A DNA stretch of 34,189 bases from a virus. Lineage: Duplodnaviria > Caudoviricetes. The notes beneath the pieces were generated by a model. The model saw only the letters and a list, made by a program, of their open reading frames with translations, ran no database searches and had not been told where the DNA came from. Shown in pieces: positions 15,247 to 23,992 of this stretch. The position numbers and the translations under genes were made by a program. Positions within the stretch are counted from its first letter, which is position 1; every line of letters starts with the position of its first letter. The stretch covers positions 1 through 34,189 of IMG/VR virus record IMGVR_UViG_3300020319_000008. One strand, written 5' to 3'.

Positions 15247-17523
15247 TTAACTCTCCACATTTAAATATAAACCTGCATCTACTACTGTATCCTGATCAGT
15301 ATCTGGACTGTATGTACTTGCATCAAGATTACTAGTGGTTGCAGCGGAGTCTACTAACTCTCCATTTATATAATCGCCTGACTGAATCAAACCTGATTCA
15401 AAAGCATCAGTAAATTCAATTAAAGGTTTATTAACTATTCCAAATTTTATATCGTCTAAAACAGTTGGAGCTTTATTAAATAACTTATTAACCATTGAGA
15501 GTAACCTATTTGTAGTGTTTAATGACTGTCCATCTCTATCTAAATTACCTTTTGAATCTCTTTTCAAACTATCAGTCAAAGTCATAGCAATAACCGAAGG
15601 ATCAAAATTTGCTACATTTTGATTATTATTAAAGTTACCAATAACTTCTTTAGTTCCTTCCCATTTTGTAGATCGATTATATAAAGCAAAAACTTCAACA
15701 GCTTCTTGCATTTTTCTTTTCTCTTTTGCCCATCTTTTTTCCCAATTTTCGTAGCCTTTTCCTATAGGTTTATCATTTGGTTCAAGTAACCATGCTCCTA
15801 CATATTCATGTTTTTTTAAATTTTCTACTGTTACGTATCCACTTGTGGTTTCAGAGAAAGGATAAATAACTAAAAAACTGTTAGGAGTAGGAACATCAGT
15901 GATTGTATATTCTCCTGAAATAGCATTTCCACTTGTAAAATTTAATTGAATTTTATCGTTTTTATTTAAATTATGATTTTCAAAATTCACAGTAATATTT
16001 ACTCCGGATTGAATATACTTGGCTGCTAATTTAAGTGGCTCATTACCTTCATCATGGAGAAGTGACCACATTGCTGCATAAATATGCTTGCACCAACGTA
16101 GTTGATAATAGAGAAGATTTTGAAAAGAAAACTCTTTTTCATCTTCATATTCTGGTAATTGATAAAAATTATTTATAGTCACATATCCTAGATCTCTAAA
16201 GGTTCCTGGAATATCTCTTTCAGTTGATAAAGTTCCATCTGGCTGAAGTACATTACCAGGTTTTGTATCTCTTAGGGCTGTGACAGGAAACTTCTCATGA
16301 CTTTTTTGACTAAATAAATCATAACTATCTCTTCTAGAAAAATCTTGACAAGAACAATTCCATCTTAATTCAGTTGTTAAATATCTACCTACTGCAAATC
16401 CTCTATGAGCTGGTACAGTTGTTTTAGCAATTGTATCCACAGTCTTTGCTCCATAGCTATCTGCTTTCTGAAATATTATTTCATTAGTATCTGCATCAGA
16501 TCCAGTAACGGTATAGCCAACATAATCGTCATATCTGAATCCTCTTAATAATCTATTTAATTTAAGATTTCCAGAAGTTGTTCCACTAGTTATTGTTGTG
16601 ATTTTAAACTCTGTCGTGGAGGTAACTTCAATTGTATATCTACCAGAAGCAACATTACCAGTACTTACATCCAGAAAGACTTTATTACCTGTTGATAAGC
16701 CGTGCACGGAGCTACAAGTTACAGTTACTTCAGAACCAGATCTTGAATATGTTGAAGTAATTCCTGGATCTTTCTCAATGATTCTGTCAGCCATTCTTTC
16801 TCCTGCTAAGAATGCAACTTCCGTAGGTAAAGTTCTTAATTTAACTCTTACAAATCTCCATCTAGTGTCATTAAAAGCTGTTGAATTATGATAAATAACA
16901 TTGCCTGAAGATGTTAAAGAATTAGATGTTGTAACTGTAAATGTATTCTGAGTTTTACTTACGATAGTCAATGTCTCATCAATCGCACTTCCAGTAGAAA
17001 TATCTAAATAAACACTATCTCCTGGATATAAACCATGATCAGATTTTGTAACAACTAAAGACGTACCACTCTGAGAGTAAGTAGCACTTACTGAAGGTGC
17101 TAAATATCTTACTTCGAGTATTGGTAATCCAAATTCGTAGAAACTAAATCCATCTGTATCTCTCATTCCACATATATGTTCACCTAATTCCTGATTTGTA
17201 GAGGGGAAAGTAAATATTCTTGCTGGAATGAAAACTCCAGGAAACTGCTGAAACGTGAAAAATAATCTATAGTCCCCTCTTCTATCTCTTTCTTTAGAAG
17301 TTGATCCTAATATCTGTTGTGTAAATGTATATAATTCATATCCTCTTCGCCATCTTGTCCATAAGGAATCTTGATTATAAAACTTAACTTCACTTTCTAA
17401 AGCATAACCATCAGATCCTCTTGGGTAAACACTAGGCTCTTTTGGTTTATTTTCAAATTTTTTAAATTTTTTCTTAAAATCAAAATTTGATGATTTATCA
17501 AACCCTTTGATTTCGAATGCCAT
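15247..17523 (-). CDS. 758-aa protein with three H(G/N)L..(G/N)(D/N) beta repeats and a split SWIM-type zinc finger
   Basis: WNCSCQDF (16348-16356) and WCKHIYAA (16084-16092); repeats DHGLYPGDSVYLD, VHGLSTGNKVFLD, NHNLNKNDKIQLN. Confidence 0.75.
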   Translation of the reverse strand: MAFEIKGFDKSSNFDFKKKFKKFENKPKEPSVYPRGSDGYALESEVKFYNQDSLWTRWRRGYELYTFTQQILGSTSKERDRRGDYRLFFTFQQFPGVFIPARIFTFPSTNQELGEHICGMRDTDGFSFYEFGLPILEVRYLAPSVSATYSQSGTSLVVTKSDHGLYPGDSVYLDISTGSAIDETLTIVSKTQNTFTVTTSNSLTSSGNVIYHNSTAFNDTRWRFVRVKLRTLPTEVAFLAGERMADRIIEKDPGITSTYSRSGSEVTVTCSSVHGLSTGNKVFLDVSTGNVASGRYTIEVTSTTEFKITTITSGTTSGNLKLNRLLRGFRYDDYVGYTVTGSDADTNEIIFQKADSYGAKTVDTIAKTTVPAHRGFAVGRYLTTELRWNCSCQDFSRRDSYDLFSQKSHEKFPVTALRDTKPGNVLQPDGTLSTERDIPGTFRDLGYVTINNFYQLPEYEDEKEFSFQNLLYYQLRWCKHIYAAMWSLLHDEGNEPLKLAAKYIQSGVNITVNFENHNLNKNDKIQLNFTSGNAISGEYTITDVPTPNSFLVIYPFSETTSGYVTVENLKKHEYVGAWLLEPNDKPIGKGYENWEKRWAKEKRKMQEAVEVFALYNRSTKWEGTKEVIGNFNNNQNVANFDPSVIAMTLTDSLKRDSKGNLDRDGQSLNTTNRLLSMVNKLFNKAPTVLDDIKFGIVNKPLIEFTDAFESGLIQSGDYINGELVDSAATTSNLDASTYSPDTDQDTVVDAGLYLNVES

Positions 17524-17528
17524 TGTGT

Positions 17529-18320
17529 TTAGTAGAAACCACCTTGAACATTACAATAGAAACCATTTGTTAAAGCAGTTGCCCCACTAGCAGCTACGTA
17601 CAAAGCCTGTCCTCTCTTTAACATTAATCCTCTTTGTTTAGGTGCTACTTCGTTATTTGCACTAACAAAGTTAGCTCCAGCTTGAACTGTAGGATGATTT
17701 ATTAAAGGTAATATTTCATTCAAAGTTAAACTATAAGTCTGTTGACTAGAATCAACACTTGCAACAAATAAAGGAAAAAATTGATTTATATTGGTTATGG
17801 ACCCAGAATTAACAAGATAAAAACAAAAATCAGTAGGTAAGGATATATTTACATTTCCTGTAATTGTTCCAGATACAGAAGGAACATCAACATCAAATGT
17901 TGTTGAAGTAAAGTTTGTTGTGTTTTTTACTTCGAAAGTATCATCTTTGGGGACAGTTCCTGAACTATATGTAGAGAAATCTAAAAATACATTCTGACCT
18001 ATTTCTAAATTATGACCAGCAGCTAAAGTTACTGTACAAGTAGTACTGTTTGCAGAATATGTACCAGCTGAAACAGTAACAGCATCTGTTGCCTGTATTA
18101 CTCTTTTTGTGTATCTAAAAAATATCTCATCTATATATGCTCCACTAATTGCAGTATCTGTTAAAGCTGAGTCAACATCAAATACTTTTGTAGCATTACC
18201 AACCGCTGTAGGAATTAAACTTGTTAAAAAGGATTGACCTGATGAGACCGTGCATAATGTGGAGGCGGTTGCTGGACGATCCACCATTAACGGTTGTTTG
18301 TTTGAACTACTGCTTGACAC
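17529..18320 (-). CDS. Putative virion protein with one copy of the same beta repeat
   Basis: GTG start; GHNLEIGQNVFLD repeat; position in the structural operon. Confidence 0.7.
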   Translation of the reverse strand: MSSSSSNKQPLMVDRPATASTLCTVSSGQSFLTSLIPTAVGNATKVFDVDSALTDTAISGAYIDEIFFRYTKRVIQATDAVTVSAGTYSANSTTCTVTLAAGHNLEIGQNVFLDFSTYSSGTVPKDDTFEVKNTTNFTSTTFDVDVPSVSGTITGNVNISLPTDFCFYLVNSGSITNINQFFPLFVASVDSSQQTYSLTLNEILPLINHPTVQAGANFVSANNEVAPKQRGLMLKRGQALYVAASGATALTNGFYCNVQGGFY

Positions 18321-18368
18321 TTTTACTTTCTTAGAGGCTTAGTTTAATTATATAGGAAGGTTTTTTTC

Positions 18369-18521
18369 CTATTTTTTTTCTTTTTTACTTCTAGCTTTAT
18401 CTAAAGCTTCTTTACGTTTTTCTTTATCAGACATGTCTTTCCCACTACCATCTTCTTTCTTTTTATTCTTGTTCTTAAAATATTCAAGAAGTTGAGGGGG
18501 CATTTTTCCTTTAGCCATCAT
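18369..18521 (-). CDS. Small Lys-rich protein (MMAKGKMPPQLLEYFK...)
   Basis: ATG at 18521 or 18518 overlaps the upstream stop; highly charged. Confidence 0.6.
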   Translation of the reverse strand: MMAKGKMPPQLLEYFKNKNKKKEDGSGKDMSDKEKRKEALDKARSKKEKK

Positions 18522-18771
18522 TTTGCTCCATTCTAGATACAGGTACGGAAGATACAAAACGATCAGGTAAATAATCTCCTCGCACGGTAGGTTTACGCAT
18601 GTAATCCCTTTCCGAAGTGAAAATATCTACTCTCCGATCTCCTGCCATTCTAGTACGACCTCTACTTTGCTCAAAAGGGTTAGCCTGACCTCTTTCTCCT
18701 TGTCCATAAATATTTTTATCTCGCCTCAAGCCTAGTGTATAACCAAGAGCTGTTGTAGGTAAAACAGACAT
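18511..18771 (-). CDS. Hypothetical Arg-rich protein, 86 aa
   Basis: Abuts the upstream gene with a 0-nt gap; co-oriented. Confidence 0.65.
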   Translation of the reverse strand: MSVLPTTALGYTLGLRRDKNIYGQGERGQANPFEQSRGRTRMAGDRRVDIFTSERDYMRKPTVRGDYLPDRFVSSVPVSRMEQNDG

Positions 18772-19119
18772 TTATAAAGCAGCTAAGCTAAATGTTACTG
18801 TCGCAGAATTATCTCCTCCAGATTCACTTACAAATACAGGTTTTATAAATTTTACTGGTCTTCCAGAAACACTATATGAAAAAGAACCATTAGTAGTTAT
18901 TGTTTGAGCTGCAATGATTGGTGCATAATTAGTTCCATCAATACTTCCATCTAAACGTACAATCACATTTGTATCTATCTCAGCTACAGTTACAATCAAA
19001 GTATAATTCTCTGTAGCAAAGAAGTTATTTTCAACCACTTGTAATACTGAACCATCACCAGGTGCAGTTAAAGTTGTATCATTTAAAAATATTGTGTCTT
19101 GAAAATGGTTTAATGCCAT
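18772..19119 (-). CDS. Small beta-sandwich structural protein
   Basis: VIVRLDGSIDGTNY motif and all-beta pattern. Confidence 0.65.
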   Translation of the reverse strand: MALNHFQDTIFLNDTTLTAPGDGSVLQVVENNFFATENYTLIVTVAEIDTNVIVRLDGSIDGTNYAPIIAAQTITTNGSFSYSVSGRPVKFIKPVFVSESGGDNSATVTFSLAAL

Positions 19120-19165
19120 TGTAAATTTACATTCCTTTTCTTAAGAATAACAGGGGGAAATGTTC

Positions 19166-19645
19166 TTACCGATGATTTGTTTCTAAAAATAAACGTGTTC
19201 CTACAGCTACATCAGCTGGTCCTGGAAGAGCTTGTATAAACTCTGCACCTTCTCTATTAAATCGATATCTAGCCTGTTCTGGATTGCGATAATTAGGAAC
19301 ATATAAATGCATTGCTAAACGATCAGTCTCATAGATGTATATTTCTGTCCAAGTCTTTAATGTCTCACGAAAGTCTGAAGTTGAAACTGTACGGTCAACA
19401 TCTCCAAGAATACTTTCTATTCTATTTTTTGGAATTGTATTGTTATTAATACTTCCAGTCATATCTGTTCTTTTCTCTGCCTCATCACATCTACTAATCT
19501 GCTCAACAATCTTACTTACCCAGAAAGAATCCTGAACATTATTAACTGCTTCTTCAAGTCTAGCTTGATCACCAGCTGGTATAGAAGTTAAGTTATAACC
19601 TAAATGCCAACGTATTTTTGATTGTACAAAGGTATCGAGCTTCAT
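19166..19645 (-). CDS. Putative head completion / adaptor protein
   Basis: 159-aa helical protein downstream of the capsid genes (KIRWHLGY...RLAMHLYVP); assignment is positional. Confidence 0.5.
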   Translation of the reverse strand: MKLDTFVQSKIRWHLGYNLTSIPAGDQARLEEAVNNVQDSFWVSKIVEQISRCDEAEKRTDMTGSINNNTIPKNRIESILGDVDRTVSTSDFRETLKTWTEIYIYETDRLAMHLYVPNYRNPEQARYRFNREGAEFIQALPGPADVAVGTRLFLETNHR

Positions 19646-19670
19646 TCAAACAAGTAAAATTTACCTGATA

Positions 19671-20111
19671 TTAGTCTACTCTTACTAAGTTCTCACCAAA
19701 AATTGCATCCCAATCAATTCTTTTAATTCCTTTTAATTGTTCAAGTTTTGTATATCTTTCTCCAGTCATTGTTGTTTGCAAATCTTTAATATCTCTAGCA
19801 GTTTTTAAACCCACTCCCGGTAATGTATCTGCAATTTGTCGAGCACTTGCAGTATTAATATTTAAACGTCTATCCACTGGGAAAGTTTCTCTACTTGTTG
19901 GTTTTGCAGTCTTATCTCCAGTTGCCTGTAATTCTGCAGTGAGTCTTTCTTCTGTTTTAATTTTTTCATTTGTAGCTTCTAAATGGGGAATTAAATCATC
20001 TTCATGGACATAATCCACTTCGTCATTAGCATTCATGACCATGTAAACTCCATCACCATGTTGAGATATCTTTTCAACTAGTCCGCCTGTTACTTTGTGT
20101 TGATATAGCAT
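19671..20111 (-). CDS. ComEA-like helix-hairpin-helix DNA-binding protein
   Basis: LNINTASARQIADTLPGVGLKTARDI...YTKLEQLKGIKRI matches the ComEA HhH pattern; extra N-terminal domain. Confidence 0.8.
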   Translation of the reverse strand: MLYQHKVTGGLVEKISQHGDGVYMVMNANDEVDYVHEDDLIPHLEATNEKIKTEERLTAELQATGDKTAKPTSRETFPVDRRLNINTASARQIADTLPGVGLKTARDIKDLQTTMTGERYTKLEQLKGIKRIDWDAIFGENLVRVD

Positions 20112-20166
20112 AATAAAAAATGTTTTCCTAAATTTAGCTTACCCTAATTAACTTTTATTGACAATG

Positions 20167-20190
20167 AAAAAGCGAGCCATGAAGACTCGC
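20167..20190 (-). terminator. Rho-independent terminator after the capsid transcript
   Basis: mRNA GCGAGU-cuucaug-GCUCGC-UUUUU, 28 nt after the stop of 20219-21034. Confidence 0.75.
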
Positions 20191-20218
20191 CATTTCAATC
20201 TAATCCTTAAAATATGAA

Positions 20219-21034
20219 TTAAGAATCTGTTCCGCCTACTTGTGAAGCAAAGTCCACGAAAGAAGAAACGTCACTCCAAGATACAGCTGCTGCTGGACGT
20301 AAGTAATTAACTCTACATACGATGTAAGCTGCTTTACCAGCAGTTGAATCGTCAGATGAGATAAATACACCATCACCATTAACTGAAGTACCTGTAATAG
20401 CGTTGACATTATAAACTTTAAAAGTTGTGTCTGCTGTTACTTTGTACATCATGGAGTTTGCTGCATCCGCTGCTGCTATTGAGCTAGATACACTAGTCCA
20501 GAATGGTACGTCACCTGTTGTTGTATCTGATGCACCCTGAGAAAATAGTGAGTTAGCTGCTGTTAGAGAGCTAGAAGCTGCTGCTAAACCATTTAACTGT
20601 GTTGAAGGAACACCAAGAGGTGCACCACTATTATCAGGACCAAGAAGTAGCAGTTCGCTAGTTGTACCACCGAGATCTGCTGTTATTGGAGATGCTGGGA
20701 AAGAGGGAAGTCCACCTGAAGGGACATCCTGTGCAATAGCTATAGAAGCTCCATAAACATATGCAGGTCTAGCTGCATCTGCTTTAACTACTAAACTTGT
20801 GCGGTCATCTCTTACCCTGTCACCTACTCTTCTATCTGGAGAAGGTACGGTGATACTAAAACTCTTGAAACTAGCTTTATCAGCTGATAAGTTAGTTACT
20901 TTTACATAACCAATTTGTTCAAAAGCTTCAATTCCAGGCCAACCAAGTACACCCTCATGGTTAAATGCGGATAACTTGTTGATCTGATTACCAGGTTGCA
21001 GGATTGCACCTGCGTCACTCTTGTAAGTTGCCAT
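20219..21034 (-). CDS. Abundant virion protein (putative decoration / minor capsid), 271 aa
   Basis: Strong SD AGGAGGT; lies between the MCP and a terminator; S/A/G/T-rich beta composition. Confidence 0.6.
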   Translation of the reverse strand: MATYKSDAGAILQPGNQINKLSAFNHEGVLGWPGIEAFEQIGYVKVTNLSADKASFKSFSITVPSPDRRVGDRVRDDRTSLVVKADAARPAYVYGASIAIAQDVPSGGLPSFPASPITADLGGTTSELLLLGPDNSGAPLGVPSTQLNGLAAASSSLTAANSLFSQGASDTTTGDVPFWTSVSSSIAAADAANSMMYKVTADTTFKVYNVNAITGTSVNGDGVFISSDDSTAGKAAYIVCRVNYLRPAAAVSWSDVSSFVDFASQVGGTDS

Positions 21035-21050
21035 TAGATAATACCTCCTA

Positions 21051-22196
21051 TTACTCTGTAATTGTGAAGGCAGTGGTAATGAAGTCCTTATTCAAGTTCG
21101 CAAAACCAGCATATAACTGCCAGATGAGAATAATGAATCTGCTGAAGTCGTCATTATTATTAATTAAAACTTGAGCGTTAGGACCACCGATACCAACACC
21201 GATAGCTTGAGGACCAAAGAATAGTCCTGCAGGAGTTGTCTTTGAAACAGCTCCGTTACCATCTCCAATATCGACCGTAATTGTCTTAGATGGGAAGTTG
21301 GTAGATTCAAAGAATCTAACTCCTTCAAATACGAATCCAGAAGGCATAACTGGCTCACCAGCTACGAACTGAGCTTGTCCATACTGTCCACCAGCATAGA
21401 TTGCTTGGTTAGGACCACCGGCACCCATTAAAGGTGAACCTTGTCCCATTCCTGGATATCTGGCTACCTCACGGAAGCCTTGATCTGCTCTGAGATCCTT
21501 CATTAGTGAAGGGTCAGCTATACAACGATAGTAACCATCACCAAATACTGGTACATGACGCTTTCTTAAACTCTTAACAACCTCAAGAAGGTCGGTCTTA
21601 ACATTGAACTTAAAACGCTCAGAAGCATATTCTGTAGCAGAGTAAGCATTCAATGTTGTTGAGTTGGATTTTGTCTTACCATTTGGATAGTAGTAACCAC
21701 CCTGTGTATCAGATGCAGCACCACGAGATTCAGATTTGAATAATTCATCAATGAATACTCTGTCTCTCCACCTTCTATAATCGTCTAATAAAGTCAGTGA
21801 GCCAATCGACTGGTGAAACATATTAAGGTTTCCAGTGTCAAGCAGCAAACGCTGAGCTGTCATTAGAGTTTCTCTAGCAATTTTAAATGTGCTAGGAAGA
21901 GTTGTATTATTAGGGTCAGCTGGACCTGTATACTCTCTAAGAGATACAAGTACCTTGTCCTTCACGATAGATCTGCTGTTAGCAGTTCCAATGGTTTGAT
22001 CCTGAGTTCTTTCTCTCGAAGTCTTCGTGCCAGGGTTTCCAAAGAAACGGTATCTATCTAGTTGAACGGTCTGCCCTGGCTGCTTAGTGAAGTCATGCAC
22101 TACCACAGGCTCGGAAGCCATTTCAACGATATACGCTGGATGAGGTCTGTATAACTCGGCACCAAGCAGCTTCGGAAAATCGTTATCTATAAACAT
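21051..22196 (-). CDS. Major capsid protein, 381 aa
   Basis: Position after portal and scaffold; K.PG.TV...RY, YRCIADP...KDLR.D, GFVFEGVRFFES, FFGPQAIG, DDFSR..I.W.L.AGF motifs resembling N4-gp56/HK97-fold MCPs; own promoter; C-ending codons. Confidence 0.82.
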   Translation of the reverse strand: MFIDNDFPKLLGAELYRPHPAYIVEMASEPVVVHDFTKQPGQTVQLDRYRFFGNPGTKTSRERTQDQTIGTANSRSIVKDKVLVSLREYTGPADPNNTTLPSTFKIARETLMTAQRLLLDTGNLNMFHQSIGSLTLLDDYRRWRDRVFIDELFKSESRGAASDTQGGYYYPNGKTKSNSTTLNAYSATEYASERFKFNVKTDLLEVVKSLRKRHVPVFGDGYYRCIADPSLMKDLRADQGFREVARYPGMGQGSPLMGAGGPNQAIYAGGQYGQAQFVAGEPVMPSGFVFEGVRFFESTNFPSKTITVDIGDGNGAVSKTTPAGLFFGPQAIGVGIGGPNAQVLINNNDDFSRFIILIWQLYAGFANLNKDFITTAFTITE

Positions 22197-22205
22197 TTTT
22201 AGAAG

Positions 22206-22284
22206 TCAGCTAGGTTTGCTGATAACGAACACGGAATTGTGTTCTTTTGAAACTGGAAAATAAATCCCATTAGATACAATTATA
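22206..22284 (-). promoter_or_regulatory. MCP promoter (-10 TATAAT at 22279-22284) and 5' leader with two tandem hairpins
   Basis: mRNA GAACAC-aauucc-GUGUUC (22227-22244) and UCAGC-aaaccua-GCUGA (22206-22222); no SD before the ATG. Confidence 0.6.
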
Positions 22285-22307
22285 AATTGACTTAATATTC
22301 TACTTAT

Positions 22308-22523
22308 TTAAGTTTCTGGATTTATTACTGATTGAGTCGTAGTTCCATTTAACATATTTCCTAGAGAATAAGTAGAAGGAGGTACAGTTCCTATTCTTCC
22401 CATTGGATTGATATAACCGTCTTCTGGTTGTAGATCGGGCTGAGACATTTCAGCCATTTGCTTTTCAAGAGCCATCATTCTCATAGCATCTTCTGCCATT
22501 TTTTTAGCTTTTTTGTGTTTCAT
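22308..22523 (-). CDS. Hypothetical Met-rich protein, 71 aa
   Basis: Abuts the upstream stop; basic N-terminus. Confidence 0.65.
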   Translation of the reverse strand: MKHKKAKKMAEDAMRMMALEKQMAEMSQPDLQPEDGYINPMGRIGTVPPSTYSLGNMLNGTTTQSVINPET

Positions 22524-22949
22524 TTACTTCTTGTCTTTTTCTAATTCTAATGGAGGCTGACCTACAGGAAGTTGACTTAATCCTGCTGCAGGTAGATATT
22601 GTGCTAAAAACATTTGTTCTTGAGACATGATCATATCTTGTGTTTGTTGAGCACCTATTATATTTCTTGTAGCAAGCAACCCATTTGATGGTAAGGGAGA
22701 TCCTGGTAAATTTAATTTCACATATGATGCATCTAAATCAGAAGGCATAGCAGCCGCTTCTCCTATTCTTGTATCTCCCTGTCTCATTCGTATACTTTCA
22801 TACTCATCTATATTTCCAGACATTACTTGTCTTTGAACATCGGCACCACCAAATCCCATTAACTGAGGAGAACCAATAGCTCCACCTGCAGTCCCTAAAC
22901 CCGATAAAAATTGATCAGTTTTTTCAGTTGTGCTTTTTTTCTTTTTCAT
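22524..22949 (-). CDS. Hypothetical head-module protein, 141 aa
   Basis: ATG at 22949 (MKKKKS) preferred, because the GTG at 22979 lies inside the terminator hairpin. Confidence 0.7.
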   Translation of the reverse strand: MKKKKSTTEKTDQFLSGLGTAGGAIGSPQLMGFGGADVQRQVMSGNIDEYESIRMRQGDTRIGEAAAMPSDLDASYVKLNLPGSPLPSNGLLATRNIIGAQQTQDMIMSQEQMFLAQYLPAAGLSQLPVGQPPLELEKDKK

Positions 22950-22952
22950 ATC

Positions 22953-22986
22953 AAAAAATAAAATGGGGTGGAAGTCCACCCCTTTT
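22953..22986 (-). terminator. Rho-independent terminator after the scaffold gene
   Basis: GGGGUGG-acuu-CCACCCC followed by AUUUUAUUUUUU; a T-run also exists on the other side. Confidence 0.8.
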
Positions 22987-22990
22987 AGCT

Positions 22991-23992
22991 TTACTCCATT
23001 ACAAGAAGTTTCTGACGGAATACTTCAGGATTTTGCTGAGCAGCATTTAGATATCTCCATGCATTTTGTGGATCATTATCTGCAGCTCCTCCGAAGTCCT
23101 TCCAGAAGTCACCAGCATCAGCTGGAGCTTGTGGAGCTGGAGGTACAGGCATATCTGGTCTTACAGGAGCCTGAGTCTGTGCATTCTGGAACTGTTGACC
23201 TGCATATGTAGGAGCTTTTTGAGCAGTATAAGCTGGTGTCTCCTCTTCTACTGGATATGGACCATTTTTTCCAAAGAACTCACAAGTGTAATCAGCTAAA
23301 ACGTCTGGATCTGTCAAGATCTGTTCGTAAGCTTTATGCTCTTGAGACATTTCCTGTAATAAACCAACAGCTTCTTGTAGTTGCTGATTTGTTTGTATTA
23401 ATGAATCTTCAATCTGACAAGCATAGTTATTTAAAACTGCAGGAGCATCAGCACCAAAGTGATTAATTACTTCAAGACTTGCCTCGCTTACTCCGTTTGC
23501 TAGGAGCTGCTGGTCTGTTATCTCTGGAGAAGTTTGGGAATAACTGTTGGAGTATGCCTGGTTGCTGTTGTTCGAAGGCGTATAAGTCTGCTGAGCCGGA
23601 TTGCTGTACTGGGTTGTTTGTTGGTATCCGTAATTGCCCTGGTCTACTGCTGGTGTCGCTTGAGACTGTTGACCCTGGAACGGGAATTGGACTGGTGAAC
23701 TCAGGAGCCCTACCACCTTCGTAAACGCTTCCTTGTAAGGGTTCTCCGCTTGTGGAGTCGCCTGTGGTACTTGGGGGCTGTACGCTGTAGGGGTTGATTG
23801 GTAACCCTGAACCCCCATCTGGGCTTGCACTTGTGGTGCTGGTGCCACCTGTGCTGTTGTCGGTGCTACCCATTGGGGGGAAGTCCCTACGGAAGGTGCT
23901 TGGGCTGCTGTCTGAGGAGCCACGTAGCTGGTCTGTGGGGTCTGGGATACTTGGGGTGCTGATTGGGTCTGAGCTGCGGTAGCGTCCTGCAT
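22991..23992 (-). CDS. Putative capsid scaffolding protein, 333 aa
   Basis: Between portal and MCP; SD AGAGGT 5 nt before the ATG; Q/P/A-rich disordered N-half, central coiled coil, acidic; followed by a terminator. Confidence 0.7.
   Translation of the reverse strand: MQDATAAQTQSAPQVSQTPQTSYVAPQTAAQAPSVGTSPQWVAPTTAQVAPAPQVQAQMGVQGYQSTPTAYSPQVPQATPQAENPYKEAFTKVVGLLSSPVQFPFQGQQSQATPAVDQGNYGYQQTTQYSNPAQQTYTPSNNSNQAYSNSYSQTSPEITDQQLLANGVSEASLEVINHFGADAPAVLNNYACQIEDSLIQTNQQLQEAVGLLQEMSQEHKAYEQILTDPDVLADYTCEFFGKNGPYPVEEETPAYTAQKAPTYAGQQFQNAQTQAPVRPDMPVPPAPQAPADAGDFWKDFGGAADNDPQNAWRYLNAAQQNPEVFRQKLLVME

Noticed and set aside
7370-16891. Plus-strand ORFs opposite the fibre genes (7370, 7604, 9716, 10250, 11647, 12302, 14008, 14183, 16598)
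   Set aside because: Antisense shadows of Ser/Thr/Ala/Gly-rich genes with the typical V/P/L/E/A composition and no start signals.
19671-20111. HhH protein as photosystem II PsbU
   Set aside because: No lumen-targeting signal, and LPGVG fits the ComEA HhH rather than the PsbU PG.YPT motif.
20219-22196. Readthrough or T7-like frameshift extension of the MCP into the 271-aa gene
   Set aside because: MCP ends in tandem TAA TAG, the next gene is out of frame and has its own strong SD, and no clear slippery site is present.
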